A stretch of 64,000 nucleotides of DNA, from IMG/VR virus record IMGVR_UViG_3300042507_005574. The stretch is one strand, 5' to 3'. Below the pieces are notes generated by a model that ran no database searches, was not told where the DNA came from, and saw only the letters and a list, made by a program, of their open reading frames with translations. Origin of the DNA: a virus. The stretch's first letter is position 1, and each line of letters starts with the position of its first letter. The position numbers and the translations under genes were made by a program. Of the stretch, positions 29,698-41,834 are shown piece by piece.

Positions 29698-30852
29698 ATG
29701 CCAGGACCAGGAGAATTTAATCCCCCCGCAACACCCGCTGATGGCGAAGGATACACATTTGGTGGTGTTGAATGGAAGTTTGACGCACAATTTGGCGTTT
29801 GGAACATTGCTGAAGGTACAATCATCGGTGGTATAGGACCGCCGGGTCCGGTTGGTCCTGCTGGTCCTCCGGGTGCGGGTGGGCCTCCTGGTCCTGCTGC
29901 TGTTGGTGGTGTCACGGGAATTGGTTTTGGTGATGATATTGGTTTGACTGGAAAGATCAACCTGACTGCTGCTTCCAATTCAGGAATTTCAATTAGTCAA
30001 AGTTCTAGAACAATAACTTTCAGTAATACGGGTATCACGGGGGTTAGGGCTAAAAATGCTAGTGCAGCCGGGGATTTTATTCACACTGGACTTTTAACTA
30101 TAACCGGTGGAAATGCTGTAAGTGTATTGAGTACAAGCACTGGCATAATCAATATTGATCTTAAGTCAGGAGTCACTGGTGATACAGTAGTTGCAGGATA
30201 CGGTATTGATGTTGTTGCTGACGGCAAAACAAAGACAATCAACAATACGGGTGTCACCAGTTTCAATGGATTGACAGGTTCAATCGTTGCAGGACAAACT
30301 GGATGTGTTGTTTTCAGACACACAAGCGGCCAATTAACTGGCAGCACAGAGTTCCAATATGATGGACTTGGACTAACTTACACAAGTAGTAGAATTCGTA
30401 TAGCAAATACAAATTTGAATTTAACCGTTACTGGTCCAAATATAACATTAGGACAACAAACGCAAATCACTGGTGGTATATTTACAAATCCTGCTGAAAA
30501 ATGTGCGTCTTTTGTTGTTACTGCCGATGACCTTGTAATTAATGGTGCGTCAGGATCAATTCAAAGATTTACAGTTACTCCATCAAATAGAGTTACTATT
30601 AAAGCAGGAACTGGATGGAACACAACAACTGATGGTGCCACCGAAACAATTGCAGTAATTGTTAAATGGGGCGGTGGATATTTAACTGGTTCATTTGATA
30701 ATACGATCATATCAGGAAATCCCGTTTTGTTTGGGGTTACAGGTGGAATTGAAATGTTTACCCTCATGCGTGTAAACATGGCAGGCGCAGGGTTAACCAT
30801 GGGACTCCCGATTGCGAATGGACTGACTGGAAGAAACTATAACTGGACTTGA
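29698..30852 (+). CDS. Fibre protein with short collagen segment and shared modules
   Basis: GPPGPVGPAGPPG; GVTGIGFGDDIGLTGKINLT and VTGDTVVAGYGI modules. Late promoter CTAAATA at 29669. Confidence 0.7.
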   Translation: MPGPGEFNPPATPADGEGYTFGGVEWKFDAQFGVWNIAEGTIIGGIGPPGPVGPAGPPGAGGPPGPAAVGGVTGIGFGDDIGLTGKINLTAASNSGISISQSSRTITFSNTGITGVRAKNASAAGDFIHTGLLTITGGNAVSVLSTSTGIINIDLKSGVTGDTVVAGYGIDVVADGKTKTINNTGVTSFNGLTGSIVAGQTGCVVFRHTSGQLTGSTEFQYDGLGLTYTSSRIRIANTNLNLTVTGPNITLGQQTQITGGIFTNPAEKCASFVVTADDLVINGASGSIQRFTVTPSNRVTIKAGTGWNTTTDGATETIAVIVKWGGGYLTGSFDNTIISGNPVLFGVTGGIEMFTLMRVNMAGAGLTMGLPIANGLTGRNYNWT

Positions 30853-30867
30853 TACGGAGATAAATTA

Positions 30868-33234
30868 ATGGGATTTGCTTGGCACAAACTTTATAAAATT
30901 GTAGTAGATTCCGTAACAGGGGAAATTTGGTGCATTCCTAATGGTTATACCTGTGTTGGACCAGTAACCTCTGGAGAATTTTGTTATACCACAGGCTATG
31001 GAGTTGGTGGAATAACTGACTCCGGTGGAATTGGTGTGGGCGTAATCACAGGAGATCTTGAAACTATATGCGTGACAGTCACAGGTCAATCATGTACATT
31101 GGGATTTGGAGATGGCATCAGCGGTTTTATTAGTAGAACTGTTCTTCCTTGGATGTGGCAGACATCGTCTGGAAGATGGCATGATGGTGGCGCAGGCGAT
31201 GCAGCGAGTATTGAAGTACATGCAAGAATGAATGAAAAACCTTGGTGTCCAATTGATGTTCGATTTGAAACGCCAAGGTCATGTTGGAGAGCAAATGCTG
31301 TTGGGCAAAGTGGTGGAGTTTTTTGTCACACAGATTTACAGACCGCAGACGGCGGTATTCCATTTTACTTAAGAAGTCCATCCTCTCCTAGTTCTATTCC
31401 AGGACTAATAAATCTTCAGCGAGTTTCGCTACATTGGTATGAAACTCTTTTATGGCCGAAAGGAACAACTTTTGGCGGTGGTGAGCCATACTCTTTGAAT
31501 CATCAGTTTATAGAACGAAAAAATACAAGTTGTCAACAAAGAATACTTGTAGTTTCTGGCTACAACAGAGAGCATTTCGTGGGTCCATATGTTCCTGGTG
31601 TCGGATGTAGTCTATATGGAATAACTGCCTTTAATAAAGGAATTATAGATGGAAATCAATTAGAGAGAGCAGGCGGCGGTCTAGGTGGAGGAAACGGAAA
31701 AATTGCTAGAAATACTTTAGTTTACGGTTCAACTACAGGATCGTCAATATTAGAATTTTTTGACCCTTTAGTTAATACCGATTATGTTCGTGGCGTGACT
31801 GGCATTAAGGCTTTGGAAGAATCTCTCGGCAGATCCTTCCCGCTCTCTCACGATGTACTAGCATTCCCATTGTTTGGTGGATGGAATTATGTTAATTATT
31901 CACCAACAGGATCAACACAAGCCTGTTATGAGGGGGCAGATTGTGGTCCAGTTGAGTGTGAAGAAAACATGGGGTGCAGACGAGCAACATGTGCACGGTG
32001 CAATTATCCACCTGATCCTTGGACGGGAGTAGGTCACTATACTCCATATATTGCATTCTCAAATCAGTCTGGAACAGATCCGTCTTTTGGTCCATATGGA
32101 CTTTATTGTGGGTGTACAGGTGCAGCGTTAACACAGGGTCACCCAATATGCCCAGGACACACATCGACTCATAGAGGCGATGGCAGAGGAATAGGTCCGT
32201 TCTCATTTGCATGTTTCAATGCACACGGATATTTCAACTCAACAGGCGTTGGAGATTCTTATTATCACGAATCACCAGATGTTGGAAATCAAGGAATTCC
32301 AGTATGTTCGGTTTGGTCACTCTTGCATGCAATATACTATAGAATTCATGCAGATATAGCATATTTACATGGATCTGCAAACGCAAGTAAACATCTTCAT
32401 TATAATATCACACCAGATTCTTGGAAAAATCTAGATCCATCAGGTCTAACAGGATTTACTGGAGATTTCCAAATGGTTCGCCATGTGATGGAAAGGGTAT
32501 CTGATGCTGTGATGAATCAGGGGCTATCAAGAGATTATACAGATCCTTTAGGCGGTGGTGCAACAGCAACAACGGGAGGTCTTGGATCGAACATCGGTGG
32601 TAAACGATCTCAGGGAACCAATTACGGTCCAAACTGGAGTTTCGTTTATCCAAATGTTTTCCTTTGGGATAAGGATGCATATCTGGCAGCAGGAACCAAC
32701 GAAGATAAATGGAAACACCTGTATGTCATAGGAAATTCAAACATCATCTATGATAGCCAAGTGAGTCGCCCATTGTATAGAGATGATGGATCTTCATACA
32801 CAGGAAGTTCATATACAGCCCTAATAGAACTAGATGAATGTTCACACGAAGCAGTACCAGGAAGTACACATAATGCTAGATTCATTGGGTTTGGTTCCGC
32901 TGATAATAGTGGACATACATCAGGTCCAGCGCAAATATCTTTCAAATTACTATCCTATCCTGTTGCATGTGGAACTGGAACGGATGAAAATAATTACTAT
33001 GAAACTTATTGTAATGATCTAGATGATTTATGTGACGAGTTCTGTAATAATCCCAATACATGGCTTTCTTACTCTGATGCGGAGGTGTGCCGTCAATGTC
33101 GAGATCAGGCTGAAAACTGTCCCAATTGGGTCTTGAATCAAGGAAATTTTCAAAGGTATAGATGGGATCCTGATGGTAGTGGTGCGGTAGTTCAGACTGC
33201 CGTCTATGGAAGTTGTGGCCTCACAAGTTTATAA
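30868..33234 (+). CDS. Cys/Gly-rich hypothetical (putative virion) protein
   Basis: 788 aa with many Cys, within the fibre operon. Confidence 0.6.
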   Translation: MGFAWHKLYKIVVDSVTGEIWCIPNGYTCVGPVTSGEFCYTTGYGVGGITDSGGIGVGVITGDLETICVTVTGQSCTLGFGDGISGFISRTVLPWMWQTSSGRWHDGGAGDAASIEVHARMNEKPWCPIDVRFETPRSCWRANAVGQSGGVFCHTDLQTADGGIPFYLRSPSSPSSIPGLINLQRVSLHWYETLLWPKGTTFGGGEPYSLNHQFIERKNTSCQQRILVVSGYNREHFVGPYVPGVGCSLYGITAFNKGIIDGNQLERAGGGLGGGNGKIARNTLVYGSTTGSSILEFFDPLVNTDYVRGVTGIKALEESLGRSFPLSHDVLAFPLFGGWNYVNYSPTGSTQACYEGADCGPVECEENMGCRRATCARCNYPPDPWTGVGHYTPYIAFSNQSGTDPSFGPYGLYCGCTGAALTQGHPICPGHTSTHRGDGRGIGPFSFACFNAHGYFNSTGVGDSYYHESPDVGNQGIPVCSVWSLLHAIYYRIHADIAYLHGSANASKHLHYNITPDSWKNLDPSGLTGFTGDFQMVRHVMERVSDAVMNQGLSRDYTDPLGGGATATTGGLGSNIGGKRSQGTNYGPNWSFVYPNVFLWDKDAYLAAGTNEDKWKHLYVIGNSNIIYDSQVSRPLYRDDGSSYTGSSYTALIELDECSHEAVPGSTHNARFIGFGSADNSGHTSGPAQISFKLLSYPVACGTGTDENNYYETYCNDLDDLCDEFCNNPNTWLSYSDAEVCRQCRDQAENCPNWVLNQGNFQRYRWDPDGSGAVVQTAVYGSCGLTSL

Positions 33235-33284
33235 ATTTGATCAATTGATCTAGCATAATTAATTAATGGAGAATAGTCTGAATA

Positions 33285-36200
33285 ATGGCCCGTGACGAAT
33301 ACATTCGCATATACAGATCAAGCACACCAGGCGCAGAACCCTCATTAACTTCAGGGGAAATTGCAGCAAATCTGGTTGACAACAAACTATTTGTTGGTGG
33401 AACCAACGGATCTCTTATTACATTTTATGCAGACGGAATGACGGGGGTTATAACTGGTGGAGTGGCAACAGATGTTGTGCGAACGGGAAATGAAATAAGA
33501 ATAGACAATACTGGTGTAGTGGAGTTCAATGGTATAGTCGGAGGGGCGACTCTTACTGGTGACTCAGGTGCTGTTCAAGGTAAAGGTAACAATAGAATCA
33601 CAGTTCGTATTGCATCCGATGCATTAACAGGTGTTGCTTCGTTTGATCCTAGTCACTTTACAGTTGGTACTTCAGGGCATGTAAGAAGTAAAGGTGTCAT
33701 AACAATTAATAATCAGGCACCCGATGCAAATGGTAATTTTGAAGTTGCATCTTCAACAACTACAGTGAATGGTGTCACAGGAATTGGTTTTGGTAATGAC
33801 ATTGGTTTGACTGGAAAGATCAACCTGACTGCTGGTTCAGGAATTTCAATCAGTCAAAGTTCTAGAACAATAACTTTCAGTAATACGGGTATTACGGGGG
33901 TTAGGGCTAAAAGTAATAGTGCTCCTGATGATTTTATTCACACTGGACTTTTAGTTATAACTGGTGGAAATGCTGTAAGTGTATTGAGTACAAACACAAA
34001 TCAGATAAGTATTGATCTTAAGTCAGGATACCAAGTCACAGGTGATACAGTAGTTGCAGGATACGGTATTGATGTTGTTTCTAGCAACAACCAAAAGACA
34101 ATCAACAACAGAGGTGTCACCAGTTTCAATGGATTGACAGGGAATGTTACTTTAACTGGTGATGGTCAAGCGATTCAAGGTAAAGGTAACAATACGATTA
34201 CTGCTCGTATTGCAACTACTGCGTTAACTGGTGTTGCTTCATTTGATCCTAGTCACTTTACAGTTGGTAGTACAGGACATGTAAGAAGCAAAGGTGTCAT
34301 AACTATTAATGGATCCTCACCTGATGTAGATGGTAATTTTACAGTTGCATCTGCTACTGTTGTTACAGGTGATGGTGGTGCAATTCAAGGTAAATCAGAT
34401 GCTTATATTACTGCTCGTATTGCAACTACTGCGTTAACTGGTGTTGCTTCATTTGATCCTATATTCTTTGGTATTGGTGCTTCAGGACATGTTCTACTTG
34501 CTTCAGGATACCAAGTCACTGGTGATACAGTTGTTGCAGGATACGGTATCAATATTGTTTCTAGCAACAACCAAAAGACAATCAACAACAGAGGTGTCAC
34601 CAGTTTCAATGGTTTGACTGGTAATGTCACTTTAACTGGTGACGGTCAAGCGATTCAAGGTAAAGGTAACAATACGATCACAGTTCGTGAAGCAACCAAT
34701 TCTCTAACTGGTGTTGCTTCATTCAACTCAAATCACTTCAGCGTAGTAAGTGGTGCAGTAAGTCTTGCTTCAGGAGTCACTGGTGATACAGTTGTTGCAG
34801 GATACGGTATTGATGTTGTTGCTGACGGCAAAACAAAGACAATCAACAACAGAGGTGTTACTAGTTTCAATGGATTGACAGGGAATGTTACTTTAACTGG
34901 TGACTCAGGTGCTGTTCAAGGTAAAGGTAACAATAGAATCACAGTTCGTATTGCATCCGATGCATTAACTGGTGTTGCTTCATTTGATCCTAGATTCTTT
35001 GGTATTGGTGCTTCAGGACATGTTCTACTTGCTTCAGCATACCAAGTCACTGGTGATACAGTAGTTGCAGGAGACAATATTACAATAACAAGAGATGGTA
35101 ACTCAGTTACTGTAAATTCAAATTCTGCATCTTCAACAACTATAGTAAATGGTGTCACAGGAATTGGTTTTGGTAATGACATTGGTTTGACTGGAAAGAT
35201 CAACCTGACTGCTGGTTCAGGAATTTCAATTAGTCAAAGTTCTAACACAATAACTTTCAGGGGTATTACTTCGTTCTACGGTCTAACTGGTCCCACCAGT
35301 GGAAATTTCCCAAAAGGAATTTCGGGAGCAGGACAAACTGGTGATCGTTTGCTCATCGCCACAGGACCACCAGCAGATCCATTTAGAAATTACATAAGAT
35401 TTGGAAATGCGTGGTTCCAAACAGGTGTTGTAGGAACTCAATCGAACAATGTTCGTATTGCATCCGATGCATTAACAGGTGTTGCTTCATTTGATCCTAG
35501 ATTCTTCGGTATTGGTGCTTCAGGACATGTTCTACTTGCTTCAGAGTATCAAGTCACAGGTGATACAGTTGTTGCAGGATACGGTATCAATATTGTTTCT
35601 AGCAACAACCAAAAGACAATCAACAACAGAGGTGTTACTAGTTTCAATGGATTGACAGGGAATGTTACTTTAACTGGTGACGGTCAAGCGATTCAAGGTA
35701 AAGGTAACAATACGATAACAGTTCGTGAAGCGTCAACATCAGTTACAGGTGTTGCTTCATTCAACTCAAGTCACTTCAGCGTATCAAATGGTGCAGTAAG
35801 TCTTAAGTCAGAGTATCAAGTCACTGGTGATACAGTAGTTGCAGGATACGGTATCAATATTGTTGCTAGTAACAACCAAAAGACAATCAACAACAGAGGT
35901 GTCACCAGTTTCAATGGATTGACAGGGAATGTCACTTTAACTGGTGATGGTCAAGCAGTTCAAGGTAAACTTAATAATACGATAACAGTTCGTGAAGCGT
36001 CAACATCGGTCACAGGTGTTGCTTCATTCAACTCAAATCACTTCAGCGTATCAAATGGTGCAGTAAGTCTTAAGTCAGAGTATCAAGTCACTGGTGATAC
36101 AGTTGTTGCGGGATACGGTATTGATGTTGTTGCTAGCAACAACCAAAAGACAATCAACAACAGAGGTGTTACTAGTTTCAATGGTCTTACTGGTAATGTC

Positions 36201-39200
36201 ACTTTAACTGGCGACTCAGGTGCTGTTCAAGGTAAAGGCAACAATAGAATCACAGTTCGTATTGCATCCGATGCATTAACAGGTGTTGCTTCGTTTGATC
36301 CTAGTCACTTTGCAGTTGGTAGTACAGGACATGTAAGAAGTAAGGGTGTCATAACAATTAATAATCAGGCACCCGATGCAAATGGTGATTTTACAGTTGC
36401 ATCTGCTACTGTTGTTACAGGTGATGGTGGTGCAATTCAAGGAAAATCGGACGCTTATATTACTGCTCGTATTGCATCCGGTACATTAACTGGTGTTGCT
36501 TCATTTGATCCTATATTCTTTGGTATTGGTGCTTCAGGACATGTTCTACTTGCTTCAGGATACCAAGTCACAGGTGATACAGTAGTTGCAGGATACGGTA
36601 TCAATATTGTTGCTAGTAACAACCAAAAGACAATCAACAATACGGGTGTCACTAGTTTCAATGGATTGACGGGGAATGTTACTTTAACTGGTGACTCAGG
36701 TGCAGTTCAAGGTAAAGGTAACAGTAGAATCACAGTTCGTCAAGCAACTAATTCTCTAACAGGTGTCGCTTCATTCAACTCAAGTTACTTCAGCGTATCA
36801 AATGGTGCAGTAAGTCTTTCAGGACCATTTCAAACTCCTGTATTTGCAAATAGTACATCGGGATCGATTGAATCTTTATCTGTCCATTCAGGAAAAGCAT
36901 TCATATCAACTCCAATCAGAACAAACTTGATCAAGCACAGTCAAGATTATGTTAGTGGGGTTTGGAATGTGTATTCGTCTGCTGTTGCTTCAAGTTTAGG
37001 TAATACAACTAATGGTTGGCCTAATGGTTCAACAGGTGGAATTCAAATTGCTTTTTCTGCTGTACCCAACGCCAACAACGGAATCTATCAAGTAATTCCA
37101 GATGTTGAAAATAATCAAGACTATACAGTTTCATGTTGGGCTAGATCAGATACAGGAGAAGGCAAAGCAAGATTTAGTTATTATGATGGCTCTACAAGTT
37201 ATTTCTCTTCTGATTTCTTACTAAGCACCACTCCACAAAGAGTTTCATTTACATTTAGAACTAAATCAAGCGATGTTGGTTCAAATGTTGCTTTTGGTAA
37301 TGGATCGGGTAATAGTGTAGGTACTGTTTACGCTTGGGGATTCCAACTTGAAAAGGGATCTGTTGCCACAAGTCCAATTCATAATGATACAGGATTATCA
37401 AAGAGTTCTGTTGCTGAAATAATTGCTATAGGTGATACTGCTCGTATTGCATCCGGTACATTAACTGGTGTTGCTTCATTTGATCCTATATTCTTTGGTA
37501 TTGGTGCTTCAGGACATGTTCTACTTGCTTCAGGATACCAAGTCACAGGTGATACAGTAGTTGCAGGATACGGTATCAATATTGTTGCTAGTAACAACCA
37601 AAAGACAATCAACAACAGAGGTGTTACTAGTTTCAATGGTCTTACTGGTAATGTCACTTTAACTGGTGACTCAGGTGCTGTTCAAGGTAAAGGCAACAAT
37701 ACGATTACTGCTCGTATTGCATCCGGTACATTAACTGGTGTTGCTTCATTTGATCCTATATTCTTTGGTATTGGTGCTTCAGGACATGTTTTACTTGCAT
37801 CGGGATACCAAGTCACAGGTGATACAGTAGTTGCAGGATACGGTATCAATATTGTTGCTAGTAACAACCAAAAGACAATCAACAATACGGGTGTCACTAG
37901 TTTCAATGGTCTTACTGTAGTGTCACTCTAACTGGTGATGGTGGTGTTATCATAGGTAAAGGTAACAATACGATTACTGCTCGTATTGCATCCGGTACAT
38001 TAACAGGTGTTGCTTCGTTTGATCCTAGTCACTTTACAGTTGGTACTTCGGGACATGTAAGAAGTAAGGGTGTCATAACAATTAATAATCAGGCACCCGA
38101 TGCAAATGGTAATTTTACAGTTGCATCTGCTACTGTTGTTACAGGTGATGGTGGTGCAATTCAAGGAAAATCGGACGCTTATATTACAGCAAGAGTTGCA
38201 ACAGAAAGTGTTACTGGAGTTGCATCTTTCAACAACAATTATTTTACAGTTTCTGCTGGTGGTAGTGTTTCGATCATTGACCCTAAAATAAGTTTTGTGG
38301 ATTCCGCTGGCCTAAGCACAGATATATACACTCTCGGTATTGGTGGTAATTACAGATCCATTAAGTTAAACGGTATCGATGGTGTTTCTGTTAAACTGGT
38401 GGAGGGCACACCAAATCCAATCAACGAATACACATTCAGAAATACGGGTGTCACCAGTTTCAATGGTTTGACTGGTAATGTCACTTTAACTGGTGACGGT
38501 CAAGCGATTCAAGGTAAACTTAATAATACGATCACAGTTCGTGAAGCGTCAACATCGGTCACAGGTGTTGCTTCATTTAACTCAAGTCACTTCAGCGTAT
38601 TAAATGGTGCAGTAAGTCTTAAGTCAGGAGTCACAGGCGATACCGTAGTTGCAGGATACGGTATTGATGTTGTTGCTAGCAACAACCAAAAGACAATCAA
38701 CAACAGAGGTGTTACTAGTTTCAATGGATTGACTGGTAATGTTACTTTAACTGGTGACGGTCAAGCGATTCAAGGTAAACTTAATAATACGATCACTGCT
38801 CGTATTGCATCCCATACATTAACAGGTGTTGCTTCGTTTGATCCTAGTCACTTTGCAGTTGGTACTTCAGGGCATGTAAGAAGTAAAGGTGTCATAACAA
38901 TTAATAATCAGGCACCCGATGCAAATGGTGATTTTACAGTTGCATCTTCAACAACTACAGTGAATGGTGTTACGGGAATTGGTTTTGGTAATGATATTGG
39001 TTTGACTGGAAAGATCAACCTGACTGCTGGTTCCAATTCAGGAATCTCAATCACTGGTGGCATAAATGACATTGGTGGTACTAATGTTCGTCAAGTAACT
39101 ATTACAAACACAGGTATCACGGGGATTAGGTTTCTAACTGTATTTGATGGAAACGATTCATATAAAACTGGTGCCATCACAATAACAGGATCTCAATACA

Positions 39201-40432
39201 TATCGGTATCTTCCAATGATGGTACAACTATCGCAATAGTTAATCAAGGTGTGTCCACACTTAACGGTCTCGTGGGTGCAAGAACTCTTACTGGCGACTC
39301 AGGTGCAGTTCAAGGTAGAGGCAACACTAGAATCACAGTTCGTGAAGCAACCGATTCTCTAACAGGTGTTGCTTCATTCAACTCAAATCACTTCAGCGTA
39401 TTAAATGGTGCAGTAAGTCTTAAGTCAGGAGTCACTGGTGATACAGTTGTTGCAGGATACGGTATTGATGTTGTTGCTAGCAACAACCAAAAGACAATCA
39501 ATAATAAAGGTGTTACTAGTTTCAATGGTCTTACAGGGAATGTTACTTTAACTGGTGATGGTCAGGCTATTCAAGGTAAACTTAATAATACGATAACCGC
39601 AAGAGTTCCAAATGATTGCGGAATTACCGGTGTCGTTGGTATTAAATGCAGTAGTGGACTTGGTATCAATTCAGATGGTCTTATCTATCTTGACAGCGGG
39701 AGTCCTTGTATATCCTGCTTTGGTCTAGATGAATCTTTGTGTTTAGGACCAGATTGTGAATGGTGTGGAACTGAAAATCAATGCATTTGCCTAGGCCAAT
39801 CTTGTGATGATATTATTGTTGGTCCTGGCCTGTTTCGAGCAACAAATTCCGGTATGGGAGCATCTGCCAATTCAGATGGATCTTTGGCATATTTGTATTT
39901 GGATGTCAATAACCTTGCGACAATGGGTTCTACGATTGAATCAACAGATTCAGTTTTATTCTTCGATGCTAGTGAACCGGGTTTAATCAAAACCAAAAAG
40001 GCAAATGTTAGCAAGTTGATTTTGGATAATGACAACTTGTTTGAAAGTAAAACTCCAAGTCAACTCACAAGAAACACAAAATCATCAACAATAGAATTCT
40101 CTGTGGTTCTTGGTTCAATTGCACCCAATCAACAAGGATTGGTCAAGGGGGCTAGCGCACACGAATATATTGCACAAAACACGGTCAGATCCTTAAATGG
40201 AATGACAGGTGATCTTGAGTTCATGATTAATGGATGCACAGGTAGTGGAAGCGGAAAAATAACAATAACAGGAACTCAAAATGAAGTTAATGTTTCGACA
40301 TCCTGTCCAACAATAGTCATAGGTCTTCCCGATAATGTAATGATTCCTTATATTAGTGTTTCAGGAGCAACATTCACCGAAACCGTAAGTGCAAGTCTGT
40401 TTATTGGAAGTATCGTTGGAGGAACCTTCTAA
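33285..40432 (+). CDS. Giant repetitive tail-fibre protein (~2382 aa if repaired), interrupted by a 1-nt deletion at ~37917
   Basis: Mtd-N-like N-terminus (GEIAANLVDNKLFVG); many LTGVASF/VTGDTVVAG/GVTSFNGLTG repeats; carbohydrate-binding-like insert at ~36920-37370. The repeat reading continues without a stop in the -1 frame from 37919 into ORF 38297-40432. Ends GGTF. Confidence 0.85.
33550..39600 (+). repeat. Array of shuffled near-identical ~60-200 bp coding modules
   Basis: For example GGTGTTGCTTC(A/G)TT and GATACAGT(A/T)GTTGCAGGA recur many times; copies also occur in the genes at 25865 and 29698. Confidence 0.95.
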
Positions 40433-40445
40433 ATAGGTATAGACT

Positions 40446-41834
40446 ATGTCAAAACAAAGCACAATTCAACATTATTTCTCACTCACTCCCGCAGGCGTAC
40501 CCGCAGGCGCAGGAATGACTTATGGAGAAATTGCCATCAATGTGGCAGATGAAAAACTATTCATTGAAAATCTAAATGGTGATGTGATTTCCTTATCACA
40601 GACCAAAGATCTCTCGGGTGCATTTGCTCACTCAGATCAAGTCGTGACTTCTGTGAATGGTGTTACTGGTGCCATTACAAATGTTGCCGTTACCAACACA
40701 GAACAAACTTTCACGGGATTGCAAACATTTGCAAATGGAATTTCAGGAGCAGGAGCAACATTTGCAAGTGATATAACGATCCACGGAATTCGTGTTGGAA
40801 AGGGAGCAGCAGGAGATCTCAATAGTATAGTGGTTGGAATGTCTGCATGTCCGGCAGGAACATTCAATGTTGCCATAGGTAGAGAGGCAATGCGTGATTC
40901 TGTTAGTGCAATCAATAATGTTGCAATAGGATATCATGCAGCGAGAGATATTCAAGGAGGAATCAATAATGTTGCTATAGGAGCAAACGCACTAGATGAA
41001 AATGAAAATGGCTCTGTTAATGTTGCCATAGGTTCTCTTGCGCTTTCTGAATCTACAAACAGCAATCAGAATACTGCAATAGGATCATCTTCTCTACAAA
41101 ACACTACCACTGGATTTAGAAATGTAGCAATTGGTTATCTGGCTTTAGAAAAGAATACTTCCGGTGTAGCGAATGTTGCAATCGGCCACGCAGCAGGAGC
41201 ATATCGTGGCGATTTAGATTTTCTTTTTCCAAACGATTTAGACAACGAAGACAACAATGTAGGCCCGTTCAACAGAACAACAGGTACTGGCGGAATTTAT
41301 ATTGGCCAGTGGTCAAGAGCATCTGCCAATGGTAATGTAAATGAAATTGTGATAGGCACAAATGCTCTGGGTCTTGGATCAAATACAGCAGTCATCGGTG
41401 CAACCGCACAAGTTTCCGCAACTATTTACGGAACATTAAATTTACCCGGTGGTTTAAGTTCATCATCCAATTCTACACTTTCAGGCGTTAGAATTGTAAA
41501 TGAGGGGATTTATTGGAATGGATCGCAGAGAACTGTTGGGGTCAGTTTCCTCAACGGCCAAGTTCAAACGCTAACTGGAATTGGTTCGGGCGCAACAGGA
41601 ATGACTGCAATTTATTTTGTAGATGCGCCTTCGACTGGTGCGGCATCTGTAACGGTGATCATCACAAACGGTGGGCAAATGACAGGCAATCAAGACTTTT
41701 GGAGTTCGAAGATTGAATGGCCTGGTGGCGTGAAGCCATCACTATCTTTAGGGGGAGTTGATGTTGTGTCATTCCTAACTGTCGATGGTGGAACAAACAT
41801 ATATGGATTCCTTGGTGGATTGAACTTCTTATGA
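40446..41834 (+). CDS. Fibre/adhesin with Mtd-N-like N-terminus and NVAIG beta-roll repeats
   Basis: GEIAINVADEKLF; ~14-aa N(V/T)AIG repeats (YadA-head-like); C-terminal WPGGVKPSLS...DVVSFLTVDGG..YGF domain. Late promoter at 40429. Confidence 0.75.
   Translation: MSKQSTIQHYFSLTPAGVPAGAGMTYGEIAINVADEKLFIENLNGDVISLSQTKDLSGAFAHSDQVVTSVNGVTGAITNVAVTNTEQTFTGLQTFANGISGAGATFASDITIHGIRVGKGAAGDLNSIVVGMSACPAGTFNVAIGREAMRDSVSAINNVAIGYHAARDIQGGINNVAIGANALDENENGSVNVAIGSLALSESTNSNQNTAIGSSSLQNTTTGFRNVAIGYLALEKNTSGVANVAIGHAAGAYRGDLDFLFPNDLDNEDNNVGPFNRTTGTGGIYIGQWSRASANGNVNEIVIGTNALGLGSNTAVIGATAQVSATIYGTLNLPGGLSSSSNSTLSGVRIVNEGIYWNGSQRTVGVSFLNGQVQTLTGIGSGATGMTAIYFVDAPSTGAASVTVIITNGGQMTGNQDFWSSKIEWPGGVKPSLSLGGVDVVSFLTVDGGTNIYGFLGGLNFL

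Noticed and set aside
37890-37931. Programmed -1 ribosomal frameshift in the giant fibre
   Set aside because: There is no slippery heptamer or obvious stimulatory structure, and comparison with sister repeats shows a simple one-base deletion.
33550-39600. Repeat array considered as a possible CRISPR array or DGR template/variable repeats
   Set aside because: The repeats are in-frame coding modules without unique spacers. Differences are mostly synonymous rather than adenine-specific, and no cas or reverse transcriptase gene is in the window.
38297-40432. Independent 711-aa gene starting at GTG 38297
   Set aside because: There is no RBS, and the same frame is open with repeat sequence from 37919, so it is the 3' part of the gene starting at 33285.
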